This document shows, piece after piece, positions 48,443 through 58,509 of a DNA stretch of 64,000 nt; position 1 is the stretch's first letter, and each line of letters begins with the position of its first letter. The DNA lies in assembly GCA_045541155.1 (NCBI GenBank), contig JAZQIN010000017.1:12798-76797 (forward strand). Reading direction: 5' to 3'. This stretch comes from Faecousia sp. GTDB taxonomy: Bacteria > Bacillota > Clostridia > Oscillospirales > Oscillospiraceae. The translations under genes were made by a program, and so were the position numbers. Under the pieces are notes generated by a model. That model was not told where the DNA came from. It made no database searches and saw only the letters and a list, made by a program, of their open reading frames with translations.

Positions 48443-48919
48443 ATGGCACGTCAGCCTGATATCCAGTATGTAAAGTTTTATACTGCCGGCAGTGCTGCCC
48501 GTAAGATTGAGCCAGTCAAACGTCCTGCGAAAAATGGCGCAAAGCTGCCGGAAATGAAGCCTCGTGGTCAGAAGCGGAAGGTCATTCGCATCGACCCTAT
48601 CTCTCTGTGCGCAATGGTGACGGCAGCGGTGATGCTGATTGCTATGGCAGTGGGTCTGATGGAGCTGGGCAGATTGTCTGATCAGGCAGACCAGATGGAA
48701 AGCTATGCAGCAACGCTGTCTGCGGAAAATGCGCAGCTGCGTGCGCAATACCGTGCGGGCTACGACCTGAAGGATGTGGAGCAGAAGGCGCTGGATATGG
48801 GCCTGGTGCCGAAGAATCAGCTTCAGCATATCACGGTTTCCGTGGAGGTGCCTCAGGAGGAACTGCCCATGACAGCGTGGGAGGAATTCTGCCAGTTCGT
48901 CACGGAGCTGTTTGCATAA
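48443..48919 (+). CDS. FtsL-like bitopic coiled-coil protein
   Basis: Single TM plus coiled coil ending EQKALDMGLV; position after rsmH. Confidence 0.7.
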   Translation: MARQPDIQYVKFYTAGSAARKIEPVKRPAKNGAKLPEMKPRGQKRKVIRIDPISLCAMVTAAVMLIAMAVGLMELGRLSDQADQMESYAATLSAENAQLRAQYRAGYDLKDVEQKALDMGLVPKNQLQHITVSVEVPQEELPMTAWEEFCQFVTELFA

Positions 48920-48957
48920 AGCGTGATTCGGCCAATAAAATTAGGATAGAGCTGCGG

Positions 48958-48991
48958 TGGGCAGTGAGGGGGTTCCCTTGCTGCCCATTTT
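48958..48991 (+). terminator. Hairpin or possible terminator before the PBP gene
   Basis: TGGGCAGTGAGG...CCTTGCTGCCCA followed by TTTT. Confidence 0.5.
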
Positions 48992-49017
48992 AATCCTGAT
49001 GGAAAGGCCGGTGTCTT

Positions 49018-51354
49018 ATGAGCAAATTGGAACGGAAGAAGGAGCACATACGGATTCGAGGGGACTCCGGTCAGCATCACAGAATCATGGCTACCATGGC
49101 GGTATTGGGACTGGTGGCGTTTATCCCCACGGCCTTTCGGCTGTACGATTTGATGATTCATGATCATGAATACTATTCTAATTTGGCACTGATGAATCAG
49201 ACCCGAACCACCACGATTACGGCAAACCGGGGGACGATTTACGATCAGAATATGAATGTTCTGGCTTGCTCACGTAGTGTGGAAAATGTGTACCTGGATC
49301 CCCATGAATTAAAGCAATCCAAAGCGGATGTTACGGACATTGCCCAGACACTGGGTGGGATTTTGGAACTGGAGCCGGAGTGGATTCAGAAGCAGGCGGC
49401 GGATACGGCAATGCGCTACAAGCAAATCGCTGCGGCGGTGGATACGGATACCGCTGCCAAAATCCGAGCCTATATTAATGAAAAGCAGATTTCCGGCATC
49501 CATCTGGAGCCATCCTCTCAGCGGTACTATCCGCAGCGTACGCTGGCTGCGCAGGTGATTGGATTCACCAATGCTTCGAACACCGGAGCCGAAGGGATTG
49601 AGGCGGCGTATGACCGCTATCTTTCCGGAAAAACCGGTGCGGTAATCACCACCAAGGGCAACAATGAGATGGATATGCCCTTTTCTTATGAAAAATATGC
49701 AGCCTCGATTTCTGGATGTGATGTCATTCTGACGTTGGATGCCACGGTGCAGGCCTGTTTGGAAAAACAGATGCAGGCGGCAATCGACCGCTATGATGTG
49801 CAAAATGGTGCGTTTGGGCTGGTGATGAATGCCAAAAGCGGAGAAATCCTTGCCATGGCGACGTTGGACAGCTACGACCCCAATGCCTATCTGGAAATCA
49901 CCGACCCAGAGGCACTGGAGCAGACGGAGCAGCTGCGGCAGTCGTATTTGCAGCAGCTGCAGGGGAGCGTACAGTATCAGGAGGGGTTGAAGGCTTATCA
50001 GGAGGCGCTCACTGCTGCACGGTTGAAGCAGTGGCGAAACCGGGTGCTGTCTGACGGCTATGAGCCGGGATCTACATTCAAAGTGCTGACCATGGCGGCG
50101 GCACTGGACAGCGGTGCCATTACGCTGGATACCCCTTTCCACTGCGGCGGTGCGGAGCAGATTCCGGGTCGTGCCCAGCTGCTGCACTGCTGGCGTTCCA
50201 CTGGACACGGTGCCCAGAAAACACCGCAGGCCCTGCAAAATTCCTGCAACATTGCCTTTGCCCACATTGCCCTCAAGATGGGCGGCGAGACCTTTTATGA
50301 TTACATCCAGCGGTTCGGAATCCTTGAGAAAACGGGTGTCGATTTAGCCGGAGAGAGCAAGGGGATTTTTTTTGACAAATCGCTGGTGACGGACACCGAT
50401 AAGTGGGGCACCGCCTCCCTGACCTCCGGATCTTTTGGACAGACCTTTAAAATTACGCCACTGCAGCTGGTTCGGGCCATTGCCTCGGTAGTCAACGGGG
50501 GATATCTGATGGAGCCGTACATCGTATCCGAGGTGGTGGATGCCAATGGGAAAACAATTCTAAAGCAGGAACCGACAGTGGTTCGGCAGGTGATTCGTCA
50601 GGAGACTTCTGATACCATGTGTGCACTGTTGGAAGGCGTTGTAACGGAAGGAACGGCAAAAAATGCCTCCGTTGCCGGGTTTTCCATAGGGGGAAAGACG
50701 GGTACCAGCGAAAAAATTGACGTTTTTGATGAGAATGGCCAGCGTGTGCTGGATAAGATCGTATCATTTGTGGGTATTGCGCCGATGGACGATCCGGAGT
50801 ATATTATATTAGTAGCATTGGATACTCCCTCCCGGGAAACGGGAATCTACATTTCTGGTGGTGTTATGGCAGCACCCACGGTAGGGGCCGTGATGGCGGA
50901 TATCCTGCCTTATTTGGGTGTGGAGCAGCACTTTTCGGAAGAGGATATTGCCGGAAAGTCGGTGGTCCTGTCAGATATGACCGGGTTGACCCATCAGGAG
51001 GCGGATAAGCTGCTGTCAGATCAGAGTCTGACCTGCCGGACGGTGGGGGATGGGGACAAAGTCACCGGGCAGATTCCGGAGGCTGGGCAGACTGTTCCCG
51101 GTGGCAGTGAAGTGATATTATATTATGGAGAAGAACCAGAGGAACGGATGGTGCAAATGCCGGACCTTTCGGGTATGACCCGGCAGCAGGCCAGCGATGC
51201 TGCTGGTGCGCTGGGGATATACATTCTGGTGACGGGAAACAACGCAATCAGTCCCTCGGTGACGGTGGCATCCCAAAGCATCGCCCCTGGAACTTCGGTG
51301 GCGGTGGGGACGACGGTCACACTGACGTTTATCGATACCAAAGCCGCAACGTAA
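49018..51354 (+). CDS. Class B penicillin-binding protein (SpoVD/FtsI type) with two PASTA domains
   Basis: RGTIYD, EPGSTFK, SCN, GKTGT, C-terminal PASTA repeats. Confidence 0.9.
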   Translation: MSKLERKKEHIRIRGDSGQHHRIMATMAVLGLVAFIPTAFRLYDLMIHDHEYYSNLALMNQTRTTTITANRGTIYDQNMNVLACSRSVENVYLDPHELKQSKADVTDIAQTLGGILELEPEWIQKQAADTAMRYKQIAAAVDTDTAAKIRAYINEKQISGIHLEPSSQRYYPQRTLAAQVIGFTNASNTGAEGIEAAYDRYLSGKTGAVITTKGNNEMDMPFSYEKYAASISGCDVILTLDATVQACLEKQMQAAIDRYDVQNGAFGLVMNAKSGEILAMATLDSYDPNAYLEITDPEALEQTEQLRQSYLQQLQGSVQYQEGLKAYQEALTAARLKQWRNRVLSDGYEPGSTFKVLTMAAALDSGAITLDTPFHCGGAEQIPGRAQLLHCWRSTGHGAQKTPQALQNSCNIAFAHIALKMGGETFYDYIQRFGILEKTGVDLAGESKGIFFDKSLVTDTDKWGTASLTSGSFGQTFKITPLQLVRAIASVVNGGYLMEPYIVSEVVDANGKTILKQEPTVVRQVIRQETSDTMCALLEGVVTEGTAKNASVAGFSIGGKTGTSEKIDVFDENGQRVLDKIVSFVGIAPMDDPEYIILVALDTPSRETGIYISGGVMAAPTVGAVMADILPYLGVEQHFSEEDIAGKSVVLSDMTGLTHQEADKLLSDQSLTCRTVGDGDKVTGQIPEAGQTVPGGSEVILYYGEEPEERMVQMPDLSGMTRQQASDAAGALGIYILVTGNNAISPSVTVASQSIAPGTSVAVGTTVTLTFIDTKAAT

Positions 51355-51375
51355 GCGGACACAAAGGAGAACACT

Positions 51376-52824
51376 ATGAAATTGAAGGATTTACTCCGGG
51401 GCATCGAGATTTTGGATGCCAATGCGGATTTGGATATGGAGATTGGGGCGGTGGCCTACGATTCGAGAAAGGTGACCATGGGCGCTCTGTTTGTGGCGGT
51501 CTCGGGCTTTGCCTCCGACGGTAACCGGTTCATTCCCATGGCCATGGAGAAAGGCGCAGTGGCGGTGGTCACTGCGAAACGGCCAGATGGGGATGTACCG
51601 TATGTGCTGGTGGAATCGGATCGGTTGGCACTGGCGCTAATTGGCTGCAATTATTATGGACAGCCGGCAAAGAGTATGACACTGATTGGCGTTACCGGCA
51701 CCAATGGGAAGACATCAGTCACATGGTTGCTCAAGCAGGTGCTGGAGCGAGTTACCGGGAAGAAGGCCGGTTTAATTGGCACCATGGAAAACCGAATCGG
51801 GGAGGAAGTTATCCCCACCGACCGGACCACCCCGGAGAGCTTTGAGCTGCAAGGATTGTTTGCTCGGATGCGAGATGCCGGTTGTGGCTATGCGATTATG
51901 GAAGTGTCTTCCCATGCCATCGCTCTGCATCGGGTGGGCGGCGTTCGTTTTGATGTGGCGGCGTTTACCAATCTGACGGAGGATCATCTGGATTTCCACA
52001 AGACTATGGAAGATTACTGCGATACCAAGGCGGAGCTGTTTGCACGTTGCGATAAGGCGGTACTGAATCAGGATGACGCATGGTTCGAACGGATCCACCG
52101 GAGCGTGCAGTGTCCGGTGATTACCACCTCAGTCAAGGAATGCGCCGGAATTTGGGCGGAAAATGTGAAAATGCTGTCGGATGGCATCTGCTTTACGGCG
52201 GTATCCGATGGGGAGAAAACTGATATTGCGCTCCCCATTCCCGGCAGATTCACGGTTTATAATGTGTTGACGGTGCTGGGCATCGTAAAAGCATTGGGTA
52301 TCCGACTGTCGGATGCGGCAAATGTACTGAAACAGGTGCAGGGTGTGAAGGGCAGAGTGGAGGTGGTTCCCACACCGGGAATGCCTTACACGGTGCTGAT
52401 TGATTACGCCCATACCCCGGATGGTCTTGAGAATGTGATTCGTTCGGTGCGAGATTTCTGTAAGGGAAGAATTATTACGGTGTTCGGCTGCGGCGGTGAC
52501 AGGGATCCTATCAAGCGGCCTATCATGGGACGAATCGGCGTTGAACTTTCGGATGTAGCAATCATCACCTCTGATAATCCCCGAACCGAGGCGCCGGACG
52601 CAATCATTCGGGATGTTGTGGCCGGGGTGGATGCCTCCATGGGGCAGTTCCTCACCATTGAGGACCGCAGAGTGGCGATTCGTCATGCCATGAGAATCGC
52701 CAAGGACAACGACATTATCATACTGGCCGGAAAGGGCCATGAAACCTATCAGGAAATCAACGGCGTGAAGCATCAGCTGGACGAGCGGGAGGAAGTTGCC
52801 GCCGCCCTGGCAGAAATGAGGTAA
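51376..52824 (+). CDS. murE: UDP-MurNAc-tripeptide synthetase (meso-DAP type)
   Basis: GTNGKTS, MEVSSH, DYAHTPD, SDNPR, AGKGHE. Confidence 0.96.
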   Translation: MKLKDLLRGIEILDANADLDMEIGAVAYDSRKVTMGALFVAVSGFASDGNRFIPMAMEKGAVAVVTAKRPDGDVPYVLVESDRLALALIGCNYYGQPAKSMTLIGVTGTNGKTSVTWLLKQVLERVTGKKAGLIGTMENRIGEEVIPTDRTTPESFELQGLFARMRDAGCGYAIMEVSSHAIALHRVGGVRFDVAAFTNLTEDHLDFHKTMEDYCDTKAELFARCDKAVLNQDDAWFERIHRSVQCPVITTSVKECAGIWAENVKMLSDGICFTAVSDGEKTDIALPIPGRFTVYNVLTVLGIVKALGIRLSDAANVLKQVQGVKGRVEVVPTPGMPYTVLIDYAHTPDGLENVIRSVRDFCKGRIITVFGCGGDRDPIKRPIMGRIGVELSDVAIITSDNPRTEAPDAIIRDVVAGVDASMGQFLTIEDRRVAIRHAMRIAKDNDIIILAGKGHETYQEINGVKHQLDEREEVAAALAEMR

Positions 52825-52827
52825 GCT

Positions 52828-54186
52828 ATGGGTACGATTACATTGAGACAGGCCGCCCGGTGGTGCGGTGGATACGTCGATCCGAAATATGCGGATGTAT
52901 CCTTTCTTGGAGCGAACAACGATACCAGAAAGCTCCAGCCGGGCCAGCTGTTTGTTGCGCTGAAAGGCGAGCGGGATGGGCACGATTTTATCCCTGCCGC
53001 ACTGGGAAATGGTGCGGCGGCGGTGCTGTGCAGCAGGACTGTAGGCGATCATCCGGCTATTGTAGTTGAGGATCCCAGAAAAGCTTTGGGCGATATTGCC
53101 CGTGGAGAGCGACTGCGCATCGGCATGAAGGTGGTAGGTGTTACCGGTTCCGTGGGTAAAAGCACCACCAAGGAGATGATTTGTGCGGTGTTGGCGGAAA
53201 GCTTCCGTGTCAGCAAGACCCCGGAAAATCACAACAACGATATCGGAATGCCGATGGCGGTGCTGTCCATGCCGGAGGATACAGAGGTTGCGGTACTGGA
53301 AATGGGCATGAATCATTTCCGTGAGATTGCGTACCTTGCCTCCATTGCCCAGCCGGATTTGGCGGTAATCACCAATATTGGCACAATGCATATTGAGCAT
53401 CTTGGCTCCCAGCAGGGCATCCTGCAGGCAAAACTGGAAATTCTGGAGGGCCTGCGAGAGGGCGGATTGGTGCTGCTCAATGGTGACGATCCGCTGCTGT
53501 GGAATGTACATCGGGAGCATTTGATGAGTGTGACATACTTTGGTGTGGAAAATCAGGAATGTCAGTATTTTGCGGCGGATGTGCAGGAAAATGACGGGAA
53601 AATCTGCTTCACTGCCAAGGCCGGTGACCGACAGTTCCCGGTGGTACTGCCGCTGGAGGGCCTGCATTATGTCAATGATGCCATGGCAGCGGTGGGCGTA
53701 GCGATGCAGCTGGGGGTGGCGGAGGATAAAATCCACGCTGCGCTGGCGCAGTTTCGCAACATGGCCGGCCGACAGGAAATCTTCGAGGCCAAAGGCTGCA
53801 CCATCATCAAAGATTGCTACAATGCCGGTCCTGAGTCTATGGCAGCGGCACTGGCGGTGCTGGGGAATAAGCCTGGTCGCCGTGTGGCAGTGCTGGGTGA
53901 TATGTTGGAGCTGGGCACATGTACGCCGGCGGAGCATTACCGGGTGGGTCGAATCGCTGCCGAAAAGGCAGATATGGTCTTGGCCTTCGGTCCTAACAGT
54001 AGCCGACTGGTCAGTGGTGCGCTGACTGGCGGCATGGAACAGTCCATGGCAAAGGCGTTTGACAAACGGGAGGACGTGGCCGCTGCCATGAAACGGATGA
54101 TTCGACCCGGGGATGTAATTCTCGTCAAGGGCAGCCGTGGTATGCGGATGGAGCTTATTTTGGATCAATTCCTGAAAGAAACATAA
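52828..54186 (+). CDS. murF: UDP-MurNAc-pentapeptide synthetase
   Basis: GSVGKSTTK, EMGMNH, DCYNA, GDMLELG, KGSRGM. Confidence 0.95.
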   Translation: MGTITLRQAARWCGGYVDPKYADVSFLGANNDTRKLQPGQLFVALKGERDGHDFIPAALGNGAAAVLCSRTVGDHPAIVVEDPRKALGDIARGERLRIGMKVVGVTGSVGKSTTKEMICAVLAESFRVSKTPENHNNDIGMPMAVLSMPEDTEVAVLEMGMNHFREIAYLASIAQPDLAVITNIGTMHIEHLGSQQGILQAKLEILEGLREGGLVLLNGDDPLLWNVHREHLMSVTYFGVENQECQYFAADVQENDGKICFTAKAGDRQFPVVLPLEGLHYVNDAMAAVGVAMQLGVAEDKIHAALAQFRNMAGRQEIFEAKGCTIIKDCYNAGPESMAAALAVLGNKPGRRVAVLGDMLELGTCTPAEHYRVGRIAAEKADMVLAFGPNSSRLVSGALTGGMEQSMAKAFDKREDVAAAMKRMIRPGDVILVKGSRGMRMELILDQFLKET

Positions 54187-54201
54187 GCGGAGGACAGATA
54201 G

Positions 54202-55182
54202 ATGACAACTAGAATCGTAATTACGGCACTTGTTGCCTGTGGCCTGGCGGTAGCCATTGGATACCTTCTGCTGCCAATCCTGCGTGCGCTGAAGGCAGGA
54301 CAGTCCATTCGGGAGGTCGGCCCCACATGGCACAACAGCAAAGCAGGAACCCCCATGATGGGTGGCTTGATGTTTATTATCACCGCTGCGTTGTGCCTGC
54401 TGGTCAGCATTCCGGCTATGCAGGATTATTCTGTGTTTTATGTGCTGGCGCTGGGCCTGTGCTTTGGACTGGTTGGTTTTTTGGACGATTTCTTTAAGCT
54501 GAAATTTAAGCGTAATTTGGGACTGACCTCCATTCAAAAGGCGTTGCTACAGATGGCAGTGTCCGCAATTTACCTGTACATCTTGCTGAAAAATGGAATC
54601 ATGACCAGCGATTTGTACATCCCCTTCGTGGATGTGCCCTTCCATATTCACCCCATCGCTTACATTTTCTTCGCCATGTTCGTCATGGTAGGCTGCGTGA
54701 ATGCGGTGAACCTGACCGATGGCGTGGATGGCCTGTGCGGCAGCGTCACGGTACCGGTGATGGTATTCTTTACCGCTGTGGCGGTTTCCATGAAGAAGTT
54801 TGATTTGGCCCTACTTCCGGCTTCTCTGGTAGGCGGACTGGTGGGCTATCTGTTCTACAACTGGCATCCGGCGAAGGTGTTCATGGGCGATACCGGGTCG
54901 CTGTTTTTGGGCGGCATTGTTTGTGGCATGGCTTTTGCGTTGGATATGCCGATTGTGCTGATTATGGTCGGCCTGATTTATATTCTGGAGACCCTGTCCG
55001 TTATCCTGCAGGTGGGTTATTTCAAGCTGACCCACGGAAAGCGGCTGTTTAAGATGTCTCCGATTCACCATCATTTTGAAATGTGCGGCTGGAAGGAAGT
55101 TAAAATCTGCTTCGTATTCTCTGCCGTTTCCGTTATCATGTGTGTACTGGCCTGGGTGGGTATCGCCGGACGGCTGGGATAA
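54202..55182 (+). CDS. mraY: Phospho-MurNAc-pentapeptide transferase
   Basis: KAGTPMMGG, NLTDGVDG, FMGDTGS, PIHHHFE. Confidence 0.96.
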   Translation: MTTRIVITALVACGLAVAIGYLLLPILRALKAGQSIREVGPTWHNSKAGTPMMGGLMFIITAALCLLVSIPAMQDYSVFYVLALGLCFGLVGFLDDFFKLKFKRNLGLTSIQKALLQMAVSAIYLYILLKNGIMTSDLYIPFVDVPFHIHPIAYIFFAMFVMVGCVNAVNLTDGVDGLCGSVTVPVMVFFTAVAVSMKKFDLALLPASLVGGLVGYLFYNWHPAKVFMGDTGSLFLGGIVCGMAFALDMPIVLIMVGLIYILETLSVILQVGYFKLTHGKRLFKMSPIHHHFEMCGWKEVKICFVFSAVSVIMCVLAWVGIAGRLG

Positions 55183-55199
55183 TACGGAAAGGAGCTTCT

Positions 55200-56366
55200 A
55201 TGGCTATAGAGCGCAGACTCTATGCCAAAGAGGACCGTCGTCCGAAAAATCGGACGGGAGGCATTGACATTCCCTTTCTGATTCTGATATTATTACTGTT
55301 GACGGTGGGGCTGGCGATGCTCTATTCTGCCAGCTACGCTCAGAGTGAATATGACACCAGCTATGCCATCTCTACAAAATACCTGCAAAAGCAGGCGATT
55401 TGTGGGGCACTGGGGCTGGTGTGCATGTGGGCCTTCAGTCGAATCCCCGGAAAACTATGGTTGGGGTTGGCGTGGCCAATCTATTTTATCAGCATTGGAT
55501 TGCTTTTGAGTGTTCTGGTGGTGGGACAAAGCGTCAACGGCGCACGGCGATGGATTAACATTGCCGGTATTCAATTCCAACCCTCGGAAATTGCCAAGTT
55601 TGCAATGATTTTGTTGTTTGCCCGTCTAACCAGATTTTTTGGGTCCAGCGCAAAGGATTTTCGCCATGGTGTGCTGGGCTTCGGGCTTGCACTTTTGGGA
55701 ATTCTGGTGCCGTTGGCGTTGGAGAAGCATTTGTCTGCCATCATGCTGATTGGCATGGTTGGTGTGACCATGATGTTCATTGCCGGGACCAGTCCCAAAT
55801 GGCTGGGGGCCGGTGCGTTGGCGGCTGGGCTGTTTGTGATGATTTACATCAGCTTCATGGGCTATGCCGGTGATCGGGTTACCGCATGGCTCCATCCGGA
55901 GTTGGATCCCAGCGACACCGGATATCAGATTTTGCAGTCACTGTACGCCATCGGTTCCGGTGGACTATTTGGTCTGGGGCTGGGCAAGAGCAGGCAGAAA
56001 TATTTGTATCTACCCTTTCAATATAACGATTATATTTTTGCAGTCATTTGCGAGGAATTGGGACTGGTGGGGGCACTGCTGATTATTGCTCTGTTTTGCG
56101 CGGTAATCATCCGTGGTTACTGGATTGCGCTGCGAGCCGCAGACCGGTTTTCTACAGTGCTGGCGGCAGGACTCGTGACTCTGATTGCGGTGCAGACCGC
56201 CCTGAATCTGGGTGTGGTGACCAATTTGCTGCCCTCTACGGGCATTGCGCTACCCTTCTTCTCTTACGGTGGCACCGCATTGGCGGTGAATCTGGGGGAA
56301 ATGGGGGTTGTGCTGAGTATTTCCCGACAGCGGAACCGAACGAAAGAACAGGAGGATGTTCCATGA
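55200..56366 (+). CDS. ftsW: SEDS peptidoglycan glycosyltransferase (FtsW/SpoVE)
   Basis: QFQPSEIAK, GYQILQS, ICEELG, PFFSYGGT. Confidence 0.88.
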   Translation: MAIERRLYAKEDRRPKNRTGGIDIPFLILILLLLTVGLAMLYSASYAQSEYDTSYAISTKYLQKQAICGALGLVCMWAFSRIPGKLWLGLAWPIYFISIGLLLSVLVVGQSVNGARRWINIAGIQFQPSEIAKFAMILLFARLTRFFGSSAKDFRHGVLGFGLALLGILVPLALEKHLSAIMLIGMVGVTMMFIAGTSPKWLGAGALAAGLFVMIYISFMGYAGDRVTAWLHPELDPSDTGYQILQSLYAIGSGGLFGLGLGKSRQKYLYLPFQYNDYIFAVICEELGLVGALLIIALFCAVIIRGYWIALRAADRFSTVLAAGLVTLIAVQTALNLGVVTNLLPSTGIALPFFSYGGTALAVNLGEMGVVLSISRQRNRTKEQEDVP

Positions 56367-57487
56367 ATATTATCTTTACCTGCGGCGGCACTGCCGGTCA
56401 TATCAATCCGGCCATCGCTGTGGCGAATATGATGAAAGAACGTCATCCCGATTGCAACATCCTCTTTATCGGCGCAGAGGGGCACATGGAGGAAAAGCTG
56501 GTCCCCAAGGCTGGGTATGAGCTAAAATGTCTGCCCGGTGCCGGGTTGGTTCGGGGTATTTCCCCTAAGGCAATCGGAAAGAATATTAAGGTTGTTAAAG
56601 ACTTGCTGGGTTCTATCAAGGCCTGCAAGAGAATAATCAAGGCGTTTGATGCGGATGTGATTGTAGGCACCGGCGGTTATGCCAGCTATCCGGCCCTGCG
56701 TGCCGGAGCCAAGCTGGGGATTCCTACCTGCGTCCATGAAAGCAATGCGGTCCCCGGTGTCACCACAAAGATGGCGGCCAATAAGGCCGACCGAGTGCTG
56801 GTATCCTTTGCGGAAAGTGCTCAGCATTACCGTGATCCCAATAAAGTGGAGGTTGTGGGAATGCCTGTGCGCAAGGAGTTTATTCTGACGCAAAAGGAAG
56901 ACGCACGCAGACAGCTGGGGCTGGATGGGCGGCCATTGGTGGTTTCGGCCTTTGGTAGCTTAGGGGCACGAGCCATGAACTATGCCATGACCGATTTTAT
57001 GAAGCTGGAGAAAGCGGCTGGATTTCCATTTCAGCATATCCACGCCACGGGTTCTTATGGTTGGAAGTGGATGCCGGAGCACGTCCGCAAGGAGGGCATT
57101 GACCCAGAGCGGTGTGATGGGCTGGATATGAGAGAATATATTTACGATATGCCGGTGGTCATGGCGGCGGCGGATGTGATTATCAGCCGGGCCGGTGCTT
57201 CTACGCTTAACGAAATCGGAGCATCCGGTACGCCCTGTGTCCTGATTCCGTCCCCCAATGTGACAAACGACCATCAGACGAAGAACGCTCGTATCTTAGC
57301 GGACCGGGATGGTGCGGTGTTGCTGCCTGAGGGCGAGGATATGGGAAGAAAACTCTATGACACTGTGACAGCGCTGTTGGCGGATCATGACCGTCGCAGC
57401 AAAATGTCTGCCAATCTGCGAAAGCTGGTGGTTATGGATTCCGCTGAACGGATTTGCGATATCATCGAAGAACTGACCAGGAAATGA
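56363..57487 (+). CDS. murG: Lipid I GlcNAc transferase
   Basis: GGTAGHINP, GTGGY, HESNA, SRAGAST. Confidence 0.96.
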   Translation: MNIIFTCGGTAGHINPAIAVANMMKERHPDCNILFIGAEGHMEEKLVPKAGYELKCLPGAGLVRGISPKAIGKNIKVVKDLLGSIKACKRIIKAFDADVIVGTGGYASYPALRAGAKLGIPTCVHESNAVPGVTTKMAANKADRVLVSFAESAQHYRDPNKVEVVGMPVRKEFILTQKEDARRQLGLDGRPLVVSAFGSLGARAMNYAMTDFMKLEKAAGFPFQHIHATGSYGWKWMPEHVRKEGIDPERCDGLDMREYIYDMPVVMAAADVIISRAGASTLNEIGASGTPCVLIPSPNVTNDHQTKNARILADRDGAVLLPEGEDMGRKLYDTVTALLADHDRRSKMSANLRKLVVMDSAERICDIIEELTRK

Positions 57488-57497
57488 GGAAAGCTTC

Positions 57498-58376
57498 ATG
57501 AGACAAAACGAAAGACAACAGGGACAGAAAAAGAAGAGGAGCTACCCATCTACACCGGAGGTGGTATATACCCAGCCGGAGCCGGTGGATAGAAAAAAGT
57601 TGGTGCTCAGACTGCTGACGGTTTGCGCAGTGGTGCTGGCACTGTTTGTTGGTTTTTCCATCTTCTTCCGGGTCGACACCATTGAAATTTCCGGCACAGA
57701 GCAGTACAATGCCGATACTGTGCTGGCGGTTTCCGGCATTGAGAAGGGCGATAGCCTTCTGACCTTCGGAAAAGCCAAGGCTGTGGCACGAATCATCGAT
57801 GCGTTGCCGTATGTGGAAAATGTCCGGGTGGGAATTAAGCTGCCGGGAACGGTGCGAATCTACATTGAGGAAGTGGACGTGGTCTACTCGGTGCAGGATG
57901 ATTCCGATGGCTGGTGGTTTATGACGGCGGAAGGCCGACTGGTAGAGCCAACTAACAAATCGGATGCGGCAAAGCATACGCTTATCAAGGGAATTCGTCT
58001 GGTGGCCCCCGAGGCAGGAGAAAAGGCCGTAGCCGCTGAGCCTCAGCCGGACGAGACCTATGTTGCAGGTGAGGAGGAGAAAATCGTCGTCTCGGTCACC
58101 AATGGTGAACGGCTGCAGACGGTGCTGGATATCCTGATTGAGCTGGAAAAGAATGAAATTTTGGGCGAGGCCACGGTGGTGGATGTGACCGATATGGGCA
58201 ACATCGAGCTGTGGTATGGTACCAGGACCAAGGTGCTGCTGGGTGATCCCGGCCGGATGGATATCAAAGTTGCTACCATGAAAGCCATCGTCACCGACGA
58301 GGAAATTGACTCCAGTGGCATTATCGATTTGACGAATCCACAGGAAGATGGCGAAATTTCCATCGCACCGCTTTAA
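57498..58376 (+). CDS. FtsQ/DivIB-like protein
   Basis: Single TM plus POTRA (LPYV.NV.V...LPGTV.I.I.E); between murG and ftsZ. Confidence 0.8.
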   Translation: MRQNERQQGQKKKRSYPSTPEVVYTQPEPVDRKKLVLRLLTVCAVVLALFVGFSIFFRVDTIEISGTEQYNADTVLAVSGIEKGDSLLTFGKAKAVARIIDALPYVENVRVGIKLPGTVRIYIEEVDVVYSVQDDSDGWWFMTAEGRLVEPTNKSDAAKHTLIKGIRLVAPEAGEKAVAAEPQPDETYVAGEEEKIVVSVTNGERLQTVLDILIELEKNEILGEATVVDVTDMGNIELWYGTRTKVLLGDPGRMDIKVATMKAIVTDEEIDSSGIIDLTNPQEDGEISIAPL

Positions 58377-58509
58377 TGAAACGAAAAACTTTCCCGAAAA
58401 TTCAATATTTTCTATTGACTAGATCGTAATTTCGGGATACAATGTACAAGTACGATAAAATTCTCGCAGTAGGCTTTCGAGTTTGCTGCATACATAGGAG
58501 GAACATAAA

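Noticed and set aside
48914-48941. sigmaE-like promoter for the PBP gene (GCATA-15-AATAAAAT)
   Set aside because: Spacing is one base short and the -10 is imperfect; too weak to call
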